A DNA stretch of 61,939 nt, taken from positions 1 through 61,939 of IMG/VR virus record IMGVR_UViG_3300021475_000013; one strand, written 5' to 3'. Made by a program: the position numbers and the translations under genes. Every line of letters starts with the position of its first letter. The stretch's first letter is position 1. Of this stretch, positions 37,471 through 47,043 are shown in pieces. Source of the DNA: a virus (taxonomy: Duplodnaviria; Caudoviricetes). The notes beneath the pieces were generated by a model, which was not told the DNA's origin, did no database searches, and worked only from the letters and a program-made list of their open reading frames with translations.

Positions 37471-37761
37471 TTAATTATGTTTTGGTGCATACCCTAACGC
37501 TTGTAAATGCTCATCCTCGAGGTGGTACTTCGCATCATAGTCCGCACCACGAAGCTCCGTATTCTCGCTCAAAATCTTTCGCCATGCCCTTGAATACGAG
37601 TCCGCTTCTATGATTGCCACTTCAAGTATATTCTCCGACATATTCAAAAGGTTGTGTTTCTCGATGAGCATGCGAGCTATCCCGCGCGCCCTGTTTCTCC
37701 TCTCCCTAAAGAAAGGATTTTCTTCAAGATAACTTTTAACGATTTGATTGATATTGCTCAT
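37471..37761 (-). CDS. Hypothetical protein
   Basis: ORF from ATG 37761, overlapping the upstream stop. Confidence 0.6.
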   Translation of the reverse strand: MSNINQIVKSYLEENPFFRERRNRARGIARMLIEKHNLLNMSENILEVAIIEADSYSRAWRKILSENTELRGADYDAKYHLEDEHLQALGYAPKHN

Positions 37762-37949
37762 GCTATTCTCTTGACCGCCTCCGTCCAAACATACATACCA
37801 TACAAATCCGCCAGTTCGATAACCTGATCAACATCAAGTGTCTCACGCCATTGAGCAAGACTATCCTCAAAATCGTCTTTTATACCATCGTACGTTTTGA
37901 AGAATGCGTCCTCTATGAACTCATCGAATGATTTATGTAGCTTAGACAT
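37758..37949 (-). CDS. Small acidic hypothetical protein
   Basis: 63 aa in the early-type cluster. Confidence 0.55.
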   Translation of the reverse strand: MSKLHKSFDEFIEDAFFKTYDGIKDDFEDSLAQWRETLDVDQVIELADLYGMYVWTEAVKRIA

Positions 37950-38127
37950 TGTATTGAAATTCCTTTGGTAAATAAATCTTCTTCTTGGTCACTTCTCCGC
38001 CTGATGAATCTGTGAAGTCCTGCTCAATGATGATGAACTCTCCGCCGTCATCCTCCATCACGTCCTTTTCCGTGTGGCTGAACTCATCCAACCATTTGAG
38101 CCGCGCAATGAGTGTTTCGTCGGTCAT
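37942..38127 (-). CDS. Small acidic hypothetical protein
   Basis: 61 aa, overlapping neighbours. Confidence 0.55.
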   Translation of the reverse strand: MTDETLIARLKWLDEFSHTEKDVMEDDGGEFIIIEQDFTDSSGGEVTKKKIYLPKEFQYNV

Positions 38128-38909
38128 AGTGTTTCATCAAATATCATCGCCTCGTTCGGTGTGCCGTCGACGAACCTGTTCGCATCGTTCACTATCCTCT
38201 TCGCTTCCTCAAAAGAATACCGACCTGCTTCCGCGCGATCCTTGACGTACCCGCTGTGATTGGGACCCCACCAACCATCATGCTCGTTGCTCCAAATGAT
38301 CCACTCTTTCGCTATGCCTCTTACGACTTTCGATTTGATCGCCGTCTCACCACCCTTAATGATGTCGGCTCCCTCGAAACTCTTGTCGAGCATGCTACCG
38401 ATGCTGTCGATCATCTTTCCGTTCGCCGCAATCGACTCGCGCGCGTCATCTATTTTGCCCGAGTGATAGTAGTCTCCCTCGTCATGCACATAAACGGACT
38501 CGCAATAAGAAGCACAGAATCTAAGAATGTCACATACCCACTTATGCTCAACGACCGAACTGGCGAATTGTGTTTTACAAAACCCAGACGCAAACATCGT
38601 GCTTCCATCATCCAAAACCTTGCTCGGAAACTGATCCTTTAACGTCTCGTTTTCATAACTCCATCCGCTCTTGTTTTTAGCGGCCTCTTCTTGCCAGTGC
38701 TTCATACTTCCAAACCCCAGCTCCAACCACTCACATCCGCCGATCTCAAAATGAAGTCGATATGGATGCTCTCGGACGATCTTAAAATCTATACCGACCT
38801 TGTCGGCCTGTTCGGTCTTGATAGTCTTTCCCAGTGCCTCCACTCTATCAATCATTGCAGGTACGTACTTCTTCTCCTGCCCAAGACGATAATGAATTGT
38901 AATGCCCAT
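38124..38909 (-). CDS. Hypothetical two-domain protein
   Basis: FCKTQFA..HDEGDY N-domain plus a WIIWSNEH..WW..SGY..AGRY C-domain; first gene after a promoter. Confidence 0.65.
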   Translation of the reverse strand: MGITIHYRLGQEKKYVPAMIDRVEALGKTIKTEQADKVGIDFKIVREHPYRLHFEIGGCEWLELGFGSMKHWQEEAAKNKSGWSYENETLKDQFPSKVLDDGSTMFASGFCKTQFASSVVEHKWVCDILRFCASYCESVYVHDEGDYYHSGKIDDARESIAANGKMIDSIGSMLDKSFEGADIIKGGETAIKSKVVRGIAKEWIIWSNEHDGWWGPNHSGYVKDRAEAGRYSFEEAKRIVNDANRFVDGTPNEAMIFDETL

Positions 38910-38964
38910 ATGTTATTGATTTGATGTTAATTTTGTGGGTACTTTCCGCAGGTACCTGCACGTC

Positions 38965-39013
38965 AATAATCTTACCAAACTACAGGACTACATCAAGACC
39001 CCCTGTGGACAAC
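38965..39013 (-). promoter_or_regulatory. Promoter with upstream DnaA-box-like site
   Basis: Minus strand GTTGTCCACA..TTGATG-TAGTCCTGTAGTTTGG-TAAGAT. Confidence 0.6.
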
Positions 39014-39019
39014 TTATGA

Positions 39020-39090
39020 TCAGAAAACTGGGAGTCGAACCCAGACTTCACCGCCCCAAACGGCGTGCGCTACCGCTACGCGATATTCTG
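39020..39090 (-). tRNA. tRNA-Pro (TGG)
   Basis: CAGAATA/TTTTCTG acceptor (one mismatch), D arm GCGT-AGCGGTA-GCGC, CGCCG-TT[TGG]GG-CGGTG, CTGGG-TTCGACT-CCCAG; CCA not encoded. Confidence 0.88.
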
Positions 39091-39270
39091 ACTTCACCAC
39101 GGGCGGGTTTCCCCTTACCCGATCCTCCATAGGACCTCCGTGGCTGGTGACGCCTACGAATACAGAAACTTTACCACAAATCAAAAGCCCCGCAATCGAC
39201 CTTGCAGGGCTAGTGATCGCCGCACTTTGTGAGTGCGAAAAGGATTGGTTAGTCGAAATAACTAATCCTA

Positions 39271-39672
39271 TTAGCCGCTATTCGCGGCCTTACTCCAACA
39301 AGACTTGCTAGACGCCCAAGGTTGAAGACCTGACTGATCAAAGAGATATTTCGCAAACAGAATGTTGCCGTGAGCAGTGTAGATGTTTGTCGTGGTGGCC
39401 AACACCTCATCCTGATGATGATCAATGTTGATCTGAAACACTCCGACATCATCGTGATTGACGATGCCTCTCAAAATCTTGCCTGTGTTTTCGTCATACT
39501 CGCGCAATCCTGATTCGCATGATGCGACCTGAACCATGATCGGAGAAGACGTACCGAACACCTGATCAATCTCTTCGACGATCGATGAAGTCGACGTGTT
39601 CGTGATAGCGGTATTTATAGGCGTGGTTGTCGCGTTAACGACAGTCCATGCCGCTGTGAGAAACCAGAACAT
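39271..39672 (-). CDS. Lytic transglycosylase (lysozyme-like) with hydrophobic N-terminus
   Basis: VASCESG (catalytic Glu), GVFQIN, GNILFAKYLF and PW..S..CW motifs. Confidence 0.8.
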   Translation of the reverse strand: MFWFLTAAWTVVNATTTPINTAITNTSTSSIVEEIDQVFGTSSPIMVQVASCESGLREYDENTGKILRGIVNHDDVGVFQINIDHHQDEVLATTTNIYTAHGNILFAKYLFDQSGLQPWASSKSCWSKAANSG

Positions 39673-39703
39673 AGAAGTTCAGGTTTATGTTTTTGTGGGA
39701 AAA

Positions 39704-40033
39704 CTATGGGGTGGTGGTTGGATTAGTGCTAGTCAAAACAGGATTGCTTCCTGTGAACGAAAGGTAAAGCTTGCGAATCGCGCCCACAACAAGCGAGACC
39801 GCACCAACGATACCAAGAGCGTACTGGACAACGAGGACGGCGTTCACATCGAACATGTTGAGGAAGTCGGGAAGTCCTGCTACCTGAAAATGAGCTGCGC
39901 CAAGGACACCGAGAATCGTAGCGGTAGCGGTGGCCAATGCGCCCTTAACAGTCAAAGATGTCTGGCTGGGATTTGCCGATGATACGACAACCCAATTCCA
40001 AACCTTGTCGAAAAATGATCCTATTGATTTCAT
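39704..40033 (-). CDS. Holin-like two-TM membrane protein
   Basis: ATG 40033; two hydrophobic helices, directly upstream of the transglycosylase. Confidence 0.65.
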   Translation of the reverse strand: MKSIGSFFDKVWNWVVVSSANPSQTSLTVKGALATATATILGVLGAAHFQVAGLPDFLNMFDVNAVLVVQYALGIVGAVSLVVGAIRKLYLSFTGSNPVLTSTNPTTTP

Positions 40034-40218
40034 AATGTTTTTTGCTATTTGATAAACCGATCGTAGAGGACTGGTGGCGGGAATAAAGGGAATCAAACCC
40101 TCGCTTCTACATCGACAATGTGGCGTGCTGTCACTACACCATATTCCCAGCATCAATCCTCTACCTAATAATTATAGCCCCATAATGCCCACAATGTCAT
40201 GTGGAGAAATATGGCTAT

Positions 40219-40617
40219 CTAAGGCCCCTGTAGGAGCCTCATTGCCTCACTGCGTGTCACTAGATTGCCGTACATGTCCGAACTCAAAAGCATAGCTATG
40301 TTCCTTTGCATACGAAAAGACTCGTTCCGATCGCGGACGTTATCCCTGATCCACTTGATCTGCGCCCTATACGCCTCCAATTCCTGCGAAAGACGGAACT
40401 TGTCGTCCTTGATGTACCGATCGTACCAAATGTCGGGACCGCCGATATCTCTTTGCTGTCGAACGTGTACGCTTTCGTGGACGACGAAATCTGGCGCTAC
40501 AGGCCGCTTAGAGTAGACAGAATCGCCATAAGTAATAATAAGGCCACTATCCCAATCAACCCCAAATCGTGCGCGGAGACGATCGTAAACAGGTGGTATT
40601 TCATTTGAGAATTTCAT
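40219..40617 (-). CDS. Putative zinc metallopeptidase (HExxH)
   Basis: VHESVHVRQ...ELEAY; ATG at 40617. Confidence 0.65.
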   Translation of the reverse strand: MKFSNEIPPVYDRLRARFGVDWDSGLIITYGDSVYSKRPVAPDFVVHESVHVRQQRDIGGPDIWYDRYIKDDKFRLSQELEAYRAQIKWIRDNVRDRNESFRMQRNIAMLLSSDMYGNLVTRSEAMRLLQGP

Positions 40618-41605
40618 TTTTGATTTTTTTAAGTCTCTGATATCTTTCGTGTGCATATATCCTTTGCCTTTCCTTGAGTGCCGCCCACTTCACTGGGTCT
40701 TTTTTAAGAAGCTGGTATCGCTTTTTGGTAAGCATATTTGCTCTCTTTCTGGCTTCGGGATGCGCGGCGTAATACCTCTCCATTCTTGCCCTCTCTTTGA
40801 TCCTATGAGCCGCTCTACGAACTGGGTCGGCCATCATCTCTCGGTACTTCCTTTTCAGATTCTCCCTAGTACGTTCAGGATTTCTCATATGCCAAGCCTT
40901 TGTATTTTTTGCTTGAAGCTCCATAAAATGAGCTTTCTTAACTGGGTCTGCCATGACCTTTGCTTTCCATCGCTTTGCATACATCGCCGCGCGCTCTTTC
41001 CTGCTATTGAGATTCAAAGCATATCGCTGTCTTGATCTGTCGTTAATGCGTTTCCTACGCTCCTCATACGGAAGCGAGTTATGTATACGGCACGCCGAAC
41101 AAGTATAAAATCTAAACTTTCGATTATTAAAAGACTTTTCGGTTACCTCAACTTCTGCGCCGCACCAAATACAATTGACCTTGACCATCTTGATCGGCAA
41201 AACGACGTGGCCACGAAGCGTTAGGTACTCGTGCTTATCCATATGCTTCGCAAGAATCTGCCTGACACGCTCACGAGTGATACCCAGCTCCTTACCGATC
41301 CTCTCGAGCGACCACCTGTCTCGCTTCAACTGAAAAATACGCATGAGACGAGAATACTCGGCACCAGCCTTTCTGTAATCCTTTCTAACTGCCAACATAT
41401 CCCTATAGAATATGATTCTCGCACTGACTCTGTCCTCTCGCGCCTTAGTCCTGTCATCCCGAAAATTGCTTTTGACCACGCCGATCTCGAATCGAGACAT
41501 ACCTGTGAGATCGACTTCCCTAGACAAGGTCTCAATTGAAAAGACGTTCGGAAACTGCTCCATCGACTTTTTCAATGCTAAATCTTTGTCGAAATACTTT
41601 TCCAT
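40601..41605 (-). CDS. Sigma70 region-4 HTH + Zn-ribbon + basic helical repeat protein
   Basis: WSLERIGKELGITRERVRQI; CIWC...CSAC; repeated MADP/KKDP R/K-rich segments. Confidence 0.7.
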   Translation of the reverse strand: MEKYFDKDLALKKSMEQFPNVFSIETLSREVDLTGMSRFEIGVVKSNFRDDRTKAREDRVSARIIFYRDMLAVRKDYRKAGAEYSRLMRIFQLKRDRWSLERIGKELGITRERVRQILAKHMDKHEYLTLRGHVVLPIKMVKVNCIWCGAEVEVTEKSFNNRKFRFYTCSACRIHNSLPYEERRKRINDRSRQRYALNLNSRKERAAMYAKRWKAKVMADPVKKAHFMELQAKNTKAWHMRNPERTRENLKRKYREMMADPVRRAAHRIKERARMERYYAAHPEARKRANMLTKKRYQLLKKDPVKWAALKERQRIYAHERYQRLKKIKNEILK

Positions 41606-41607
41606 AA

Positions 41608-41808
41608 TTACTGACACACACAACCGATCCCACCAGCCATCTCGGCGCACGCCTCTGGCGTCGTGTGGTACTCACGCGCTATACACGCCTTATACGCATC
41701 ACCTGACACCTGAACCGCCTTGTCATGAGCTGGTGCCCAAACACCTATCCAATAAACAACCACAGCAAGAAACACGATGAATACGCATCCGTTAATGATC
41801 TTGTTCAT
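41608..41808 (-). CDS. Small membrane-anchored protein
   Basis: MNKIINGCVFIVFLAVVVYW TM helix followed by a Cys-containing domain. Confidence 0.55.
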   Translation of the reverse strand: MNKIINGCVFIVFLAVVVYWIGVWAPAHDKAVQVSGDAYKACIAREYHTTPEACAEMAGGIGCVCQ

Positions 41809-41809
41809 A

Positions 41810-42208
41810 TTATTGATTGATGTTGAATGGAATAATATTCGACTGAACTGGTGTCGACGATGCATTATTGTCATGCAAAGTGCTACCTTCTGGTGCTGGA
41901 GTTAACACGCCATTATATCCAACACTCATGATTTCTCCAGATCCAGTGGCGCATAAATTGTCTTGAATCGCTGTAGCACAACCAACAGAATCAGAAGAAG
42001 TTTCTATCGGAGCAATCGGTGCGCCCGCAGACGCCGAGCTTGATGAACTCAATTCTGGGCTAGACGTTGCACTTGTAGTCTGCTGACTGAGGTCCTGAAC
42101 AACGACCGCCTGAATATGCTGAAGTTCCGTCACACGACTCGGGTTTGAATTAATCATCCCGATCAGGAACAAAACTATTTGTAGTACCGACATAAGTGCT
42201 TGTTGCAT
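41810..42208 (-). CDS. Putative secreted/membrane S/T-rich protein
   Basis: Hydrophobic N-terminus; SATSS low-complexity linker. Confidence 0.55.
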   Translation of the reverse strand: MQQALMSVLQIVLFLIGMINSNPSRVTELQHIQAVVVQDLSQQTTSATSSPELSSSSSASAGAPIAPIETSSDSVGCATAIQDNLCATGSGEIMSVGYNGVLTPAPEGSTLHDNNASSTPVQSNIIPFNINQ

Positions 42209-42244
42209 ATATTTTTATAATTATCCGTTAATAAACCTACAGTT

Positions 42245-42292
42245 AATATACTACCATACTACAGGAATATAACATAGCCGAGTGTGGACAAC
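42245..42292 (-). promoter_or_regulatory. Promoter with upstream DnaA-box-like site
   Basis: Minus strand GTTGTCCACA...TTCCTGTAGTATGG-TAGTAT; shares 14/15 nt with the 38973 promoter. Confidence 0.55.
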
Positions 42293-42640
42293 TCAACCCA
42301 ATAAATGCCCAATATCCACGCCACGGATGTCGTTTTTGATGTATTCCAAAAAATCGAAATCATCTTTACCCATCTTAAATAATCCCTGTTTGAACTTCTC
42401 GTAAAGAAAAACCAACGTCTTTTTGAACAGAAATAATCGCTCCTCAATACCATGTCCCATGTGCGAATGACATCGCCCACAAACCACAGCACAATTGCAC
42501 GCCGATCCGCTCACACGTCCGAAAATATGGTGCATTTCAGTTCCACCTGCGTTATTTCCATTACCACCGCAAACCCAACACGCATAGCAGTCCATAAACA
42601 GGACCCGAACTTTAAGCGGAAATGGATTTGAGAGAATCAT
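42293..42640 (-). CDS. HNH-like Zn-binding nuclease
   Basis: CWVC...EMHHIFGR...VCGRCH. Confidence 0.7.
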   Translation of the reverse strand: MILSNPFPLKVRVLFMDCYACWVCGGNGNNAGGTEMHHIFGRVSGSACNCAVVCGRCHSHMGHGIEERLFLFKKTLVFLYEKFKQGLFKMGKDDFDFLEYIKNDIRGVDIGHLLG

Positions 42641-43022
42641 TGTTTAGTCTGGTTACTTCCGCAATCGCTTCCCGAAACCTACTCATCGGCAAAACTTCAT
42701 TTTTGTACATACGCTTATATTCCTTTTTGGTAAAATGTCCTTGCTCAAGACGTTCCCTCTTAACATCATCCTCGTGAATGCGCTCAGCCTTTTCATGTCT
42801 TTCGATCCACTGACACTTTGATCGGTAATAAATCTTACCAAGAATAACGAGTGCGGCCTGAACTTGGCCGATCGTTGACATGGCACCTATGTGAGCTTCT
42901 CGTTCTGGAACTTTAAGTCGGCGCGCGAGCTCTCTATACATTTTGCTCCTGTCATACCCCAACGGGATGATACTCTCGATGACTTCATGGGCGGCCTGTT
43001 GATAGAAAAAAATGTCTTTCAT
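42612..43022 (-). CDS. Hypothetical protein
   Basis: 136 aa; AH..I...R.KMY..LA..L....AHI pattern. Confidence 0.6.
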   Translation of the reverse strand: MKDIFFYQQAAHEVIESIIPLGYDRSKMYRELARRLKVPEREAHIGAMSTIGQVQAALVILGKIYYRSKCQWIERHEKAERIHEDDVKRERLEQGHFTKKEYKRMYKNEVLPMSRFREAIAEVTRLNNDSLKSISA

Positions 43023-43023
43023 A

Positions 43024-43437
43024 CTAAGTAAAAATTACAAGCATACTCGGAAATGGTGCTGAGTTCTTTGATCCGCCAAACTTGAGACGACCTTTGAGAA
43101 AACGAATCTCTACGTTTGGTTTCTGGTAAATATACTCGTGGAAGTATTTCGTGTCGGTGCGCGCGGGAAGTAAGGCCACAACAATTTCTGCCCCCCCCAT
43201 TGCCGCTTTTTCAATCCATTTACCTATTTCACGTCCGTAAGGAGGATTACAAAATACCCTCTCACCAGACCAGTCTTTCGAAAGACCATCGTCTTCCTTC
43301 GTGTAGAACCTCAAGCATTTCGCGTTTTCTTTCGTTGCGGCTGGATCGAGAGTAAAATGAAACTCTGCTTCAAGCTTGTCGAAAAGCTCTTGAGGCGTGA
43401 ACCATTCGGGAGTTTTACTAGAGAAGTGGACGTTCAT
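43024..43437 (-). CDS. Phage N6-adenine DNA methyltransferase (Dam-like, short)
   Basis: WFTP, LDPAAT, FCNPPYG, LLPARTDT and GRLKFG..APFPS motifs. Confidence 0.92.
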   Translation of the reverse strand: MNVHFSSKTPEWFTPQELFDKLEAEFHFTLDPAATKENAKCLRFYTKEDDGLSKDWSGERVFCNPPYGREIGKWIEKAAMGGAEIVVALLPARTDTKYFHEYIYQKPNVEIRFLKGRLKFGGSKNSAPFPSMLVIFT

Positions 43438-43467
43438 ACGATTCTTTTATAGATCTCATTGGTTGTT

Positions 43468-43926
43468 TCATTTTTCTATTCGTTCCTGCTTGCCACACTT
43501 CGTACAGATGCGGATTTTGATTTCTTTCCATGTAGGATGATCGCATCCTTTCGGATCAATCATCGCGCCGTCGGTGAGATAATTCTTTATCAAGCGAGTT
43601 ATCGTGATGCTCTTACCCTCTGGAATTTTATCGACGTTGGGAAACACTTTGTAAAGTTTCACCGCATACTGGATCCATCTCTCGGACATATCCAATTCAT
43701 CCGCGATGTACTTGATCAACTCGGGGAACGATTCGACCTTGTCCTCATTCTTGAGAAGTAATTCTCCGATCTTGTGGCGAAATACGATCTTGTGCCATTC
43801 CAACTGATACTTCAATTCGACCATGGCCGTCTTGAACTCATCGACGGCATACTTCGCTTCCTCGAGCATATTTTTGAACCATGCTGTCTCTTTGAAATCT
43901 ACCGACAATTCTTTTGATTTTGACAT
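43468..43926 (-). CDS. Hypothetical protein with HTH-like segment and C-terminal Zn ribbon
   Basis: IADELDMSERWIQYA; C.H...CTKC. Confidence 0.55.
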   Translation of the reverse strand: MSKSKELSVDFKETAWFKNMLEEAKYAVDEFKTAMVELKYQLEWHKIVFRHKIGELLLKNEDKVESFPELIKYIADELDMSERWIQYAVKLYKVFPNVDKIPEGKSITITRLIKNYLTDGAMIDPKGCDHPTWKEIKIRICTKCGKQERIEK

Positions 43927-43937
43927 GTGATTTTTTA

Positions 43938-45347
43938 TTAATTCTGTCCCTGATTCCCATCCCTCTCAAACCCTCTAAAATCCTCACGATTCTTATCTAT
44001 CTCGACCAGCATATGATCATTGTGATACGCCGTGACATATCCCATCGTTCCCTCGCGGCGGTTCTTGAAGATGCGGATTTTCGACTTGTTGTCCCCATCC
44101 TCAAGCGCCTTGCGACGCGTACTCGATCCATCATCATCGTTCGGAATACGCCACACGCCGACGATCGTATCAGCTAATCTTGAAATCAAACCTGAATCTC
44201 GGATGTCCTCTTTGCGCGGTTCTCGGTTCGTGCCGTTCGGATCGTCCTTGCTGTGAGCGATGAGAAAAATGATGAGGTTCTGATCGACCGCGATTTGCTT
44301 GATCTTCGCCACCATGTCGCCCAGCTCCAACGACACATTTCGCTCTATGCGCTCAAGACTAAAAATCTGATGCATATGGTCTATGAAAATGGCCTTGACC
44401 GCACCTCCCGCTTTCGCCGCCTTGAGCTTCGCCTCAATGATCTTCATCTCGATCCAGTCAATCATCTGCAAATCACGCTTCCTTGACTGCTTGAACTTCC
44501 GAACCATCGATGGATCTATATCATCGAATCCCGCATGTGGCAGGTAGAACGCTGGAAGCTTATCCTTATCCCCTCCGTTCGCCTTTGTGATCTTCTTGAT
44601 GAACTGACGCGGCGTGACTTCGAGCGTGAACCATACTGAATCGACCCCTGAGCGAGCCATGTTCGTCGTAACCGACATGAGCCACGTCGTCTTACCTTCG
44701 CCCGTAGGTCCCGTCACCACAATCAATTCTCCTGCCTCTACGCCGTTCAATAGCCTGTCTATCATCGGAAATCCCGTCTTCACGTTAAATACTGACTCAT
44801 CGGTCTTATCGAGCTCTAGAGCCATCTCTCTTGATGTTACGATTCGGTCTACGCCTGCGTAAGACTCTATCTCTTCATCTGATTCCTTTTGAGCTGGTGC
44901 TACGTCTAGGACGCCAGAAACGAGCTTGCTGGTGTAATCTATGATCCGTTCGATCTCCCAATCCTCCTTTCCTGAAACATCCTTGATATTCTCTCCTGCT
45001 TCTATGAGCCTACGGAGAAGTGCTTTCTTGTGAATGATCTCTGCATAGTGACGAACATTTGAAGTAGCAGGAACGGCGGCCAATAGTTCCCCGACATATG
45101 TTGATCCGCCAACGGATTCCAATTCACCACTTTCAAGTAAATAATTGGTGACTGAAATCAAATCTATAGGGATAGACCTGTCATTAAGAACCTTAAGAGC
45201 GTGCCAAATGATCGTATGCTTCTTGGAATAGAAATGCTTGTCTTCAACTAATACTTCTCTAATAACACCAGGCTTGATAAGAATCGCCCCGAGCAATGCG
45301 CGCTCAGCTTCCATTGACTGCGGCGGTTGGGAAAATTGTTTTGTCAT
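43938..45347 (-). CDS. dnaB: DnaB-like replicative helicase
   Basis: PPQSMEAERALLG N-domain, GPTGEGKT Walker A, FTLE, IFIDH, IRDSG..ADT and KNRRG-type motif. Confidence 0.93.
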   Translation of the reverse strand: MTKQFSQPPQSMEAERALLGAILIKPGVIREVLVEDKHFYSKKHTIIWHALKVLNDRSIPIDLISVTNYLLESGELESVGGSTYVGELLAAVPATSNVRHYAEIIHKKALLRRLIEAGENIKDVSGKEDWEIERIIDYTSKLVSGVLDVAPAQKESDEEIESYAGVDRIVTSREMALELDKTDESVFNVKTGFPMIDRLLNGVEAGELIVVTGPTGEGKTTWLMSVTTNMARSGVDSVWFTLEVTPRQFIKKITKANGGDKDKLPAFYLPHAGFDDIDPSMVRKFKQSRKRDLQMIDWIEMKIIEAKLKAAKAGGAVKAIFIDHMHQIFSLERIERNVSLELGDMVAKIKQIAVDQNLIIFLIAHSKDDPNGTNREPRKEDIRDSGLISRLADTIVGVWRIPNDDDGSSTRRKALEDGDNKSKIRIFKNRREGTMGYVTAYHNDHMLVEIDKNREDFRGFERDGNQGQN

Positions 45348-45586
45348 TCTAGTACAATTTTTATTCTACATCCAACTTTTTCAAGTGCTTCGACTATTTC
45401 TTTTTCCTCACTCTTAGTTTGAAATCCGTCCAAATCTTTTATCACCCCGTGAAAATATCCAAGACCATCATGTCCTGTCCAAGTAACAGATCCATACTGA
45501 GAAAGGGCATTTTCTATCTTTCTTATTTCCTCTGGAAGATCAGCTTTATACAAAAACTCCGTCACAAATGTGTTTCTAAAACTCAT
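45344..45586 (-). CDS. Hypothetical protein
   Basis: 80 aa with ATGA overlaps. Confidence 0.55.
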   Translation of the reverse strand: MSFRNTFVTEFLYKADLPEEIRKIENALSQYGSVTWTGHDGLGYFHGVIKDLDGFQTKSEEKEIVEALEKVGCRIKIVLE

Positions 45587-46416
45587 ATTTCGTTTCTTAC
45601 TTTATAAGCATTCACCTGCACGTCCGACAACGCACGGGTGATCTGAACTGCCTCCTCATCGGGCTTGCCGAGAGAAAACCATTCCTCAAACAAATCGTAA
45701 ATCTGCGTCTCCGTGAGACCGCCAGTATTCAATGCTCGAAGAACCATGGTATATCCTGCCATATTTGCGATAGGAAGAGTCCCTATTTCTTTCTTGCACA
45801 TGTGGACAAATTTCTGCTGGATACGGACGGCTATCTTGTTCTTGCCCTCCTTAACGATCTTAGGACCCTTTTTGAGCGGATTACCGAACGAATCATGTGT
45901 CCTGACGTTTCCGTCCTCGTCGATATTGGTCTCAACTACCACGTCGTCCACCGCCTCTGTTTCACGTGAAACGAATGTCGGTCGGACTGAGAAAGACTCG
46001 GATTCCGCTTCGGAATCCGACTTCTTACTATCCTTACCTAACCTAACCTGAGTTAACATTTTGTTAACAGAATCAGGGTTTTCCGTATAACCCTTATCCT
46101 GCTTGATAAAAAGTTTGTTTTTCTCTTCCTGAAACCTTGTTGGATGATACCTATCTTTTTGAATCAGATTGTGAATAAGCCAATGTTTTATGACCACTAC
46201 TCCGCTATCAAAAGGAAGTATAAAACGCCTACCGATCAACATCCTTAGGTCATCATCGGCCGATCCGATGATCTTCATTACCATCTTCGGTTGTATGAAT
46301 CCATCATCATCTGCATCCATTCCGAGATGAAAATAAAGCAACTGCGAAGACGATGGCATAGAAAGAAATTCCTCACTCTTCACTATCGTCGGACTGAACA
46401 TTCTTCGTTGTGCCAT
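45583..46416 (-). CDS. Replisome organizer / replication initiator
   Basis: MAQRRMFS..F..M..SQLLYFHLGMDADDDG...IKHW N-domain; sits upstream of the helicase. Confidence 0.88.
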   Translation of the reverse strand: MAQRRMFSPTIVKSEEFLSMPSSSQLLYFHLGMDADDDGFIQPKMVMKIIGSADDDLRMLIGRRFILPFDSGVVVIKHWLIHNLIQKDRYHPTRFQEEKNKLFIKQDKGYTENPDSVNKMLTQVRLGKDSKKSDSEAESESFSVRPTFVSRETEAVDDVVVETNIDEDGNVRTHDSFGNPLKKGPKIVKEGKNKIAVRIQQKFVHMCKKEIGTLPIANMAGYTMVLRALNTGGLTETQIYDLFEEWFSLGKPDEEAVQITRALSDVQVNAYKVRNEI

Positions 46417-46420
46417 AAAT

Positions 46421-46954
46421 TTACGATGTCATGGGCATTAGTAATGCTCGAGCCTGATGATCATTTCCTTCTGAAAGAAGAGTGATTGGTTTCAACGGAT
46501 CCTTCTTTGAAATCCTGAGGGTTACTTTCGTCTTGTTGATCTTTTTGAGTGCGCCCAAAATCTCTTCAAGATATTCTGGATTCAGCTTTATGTCTATCGT
46601 AGGTCCGACTTCGTCGAAGATTTTTTCATATTCAGGAAATCTGAAAGCCTTACTTTCTTTCTTGGCCATGGCAACGAGTGTCCTAGAATCCTCAGAAATC
46701 TTTACTTTCTCGTCACCAAGGTCTTCGATGGTAGCTTCTTTCTTTATGGTCATTTCCATGAACGCTCTCCTTGAAATCAGAATCGGTTTCTGCTTCGGGT
46801 CTATGCCCTTTTTTATGTTCTTAACTTCCACAAGGCGAAATGAATCGCTGGCTACAGCCGTATGTCCGTCGAATCGGACGCGAGCTATCTCTGGTCTTGT
46901 CTCTACTAAAGAAGTAAATTTGGAAACGATCTGGTGATATTTTGTGAATTTCAC
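46421..46954 (-). CDS. Truncated beta sliding-clamp-like protein
   Basis: AVASDSFRL, FPEYEKI, LNPEYL..L and LLMPM resemble DnaN domains II-III. Confidence 0.65.
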   Translation of the reverse strand: MKFTKYHQIVSKFTSLVETRPEIARVRFDGHTAVASDSFRLVEVKNIKKGIDPKQKPILISRRAFMEMTIKKEATIEDLGDEKVKISEDSRTLVAMAKKESKAFRFPEYEKIFDEVGPTIDIKLNPEYLEEILGALKKINKTKVTLRISKKDPLKPITLLSEGNDHQARALLMPMTS

Positions 46955-47043
46955 TTTTTTATAATTAACTTTTAATTTTTCCTATTGTACACTCGCTTGC
47001 ATCCAACGTGTAGATGCAAGGCGACTGGACAATAGGTGGACAA

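Noticed and set aside
39095-39150. Hammerhead ribozyme
   Set aside because: A three-way junction is present but the CUGANGA core is missing on both strands.
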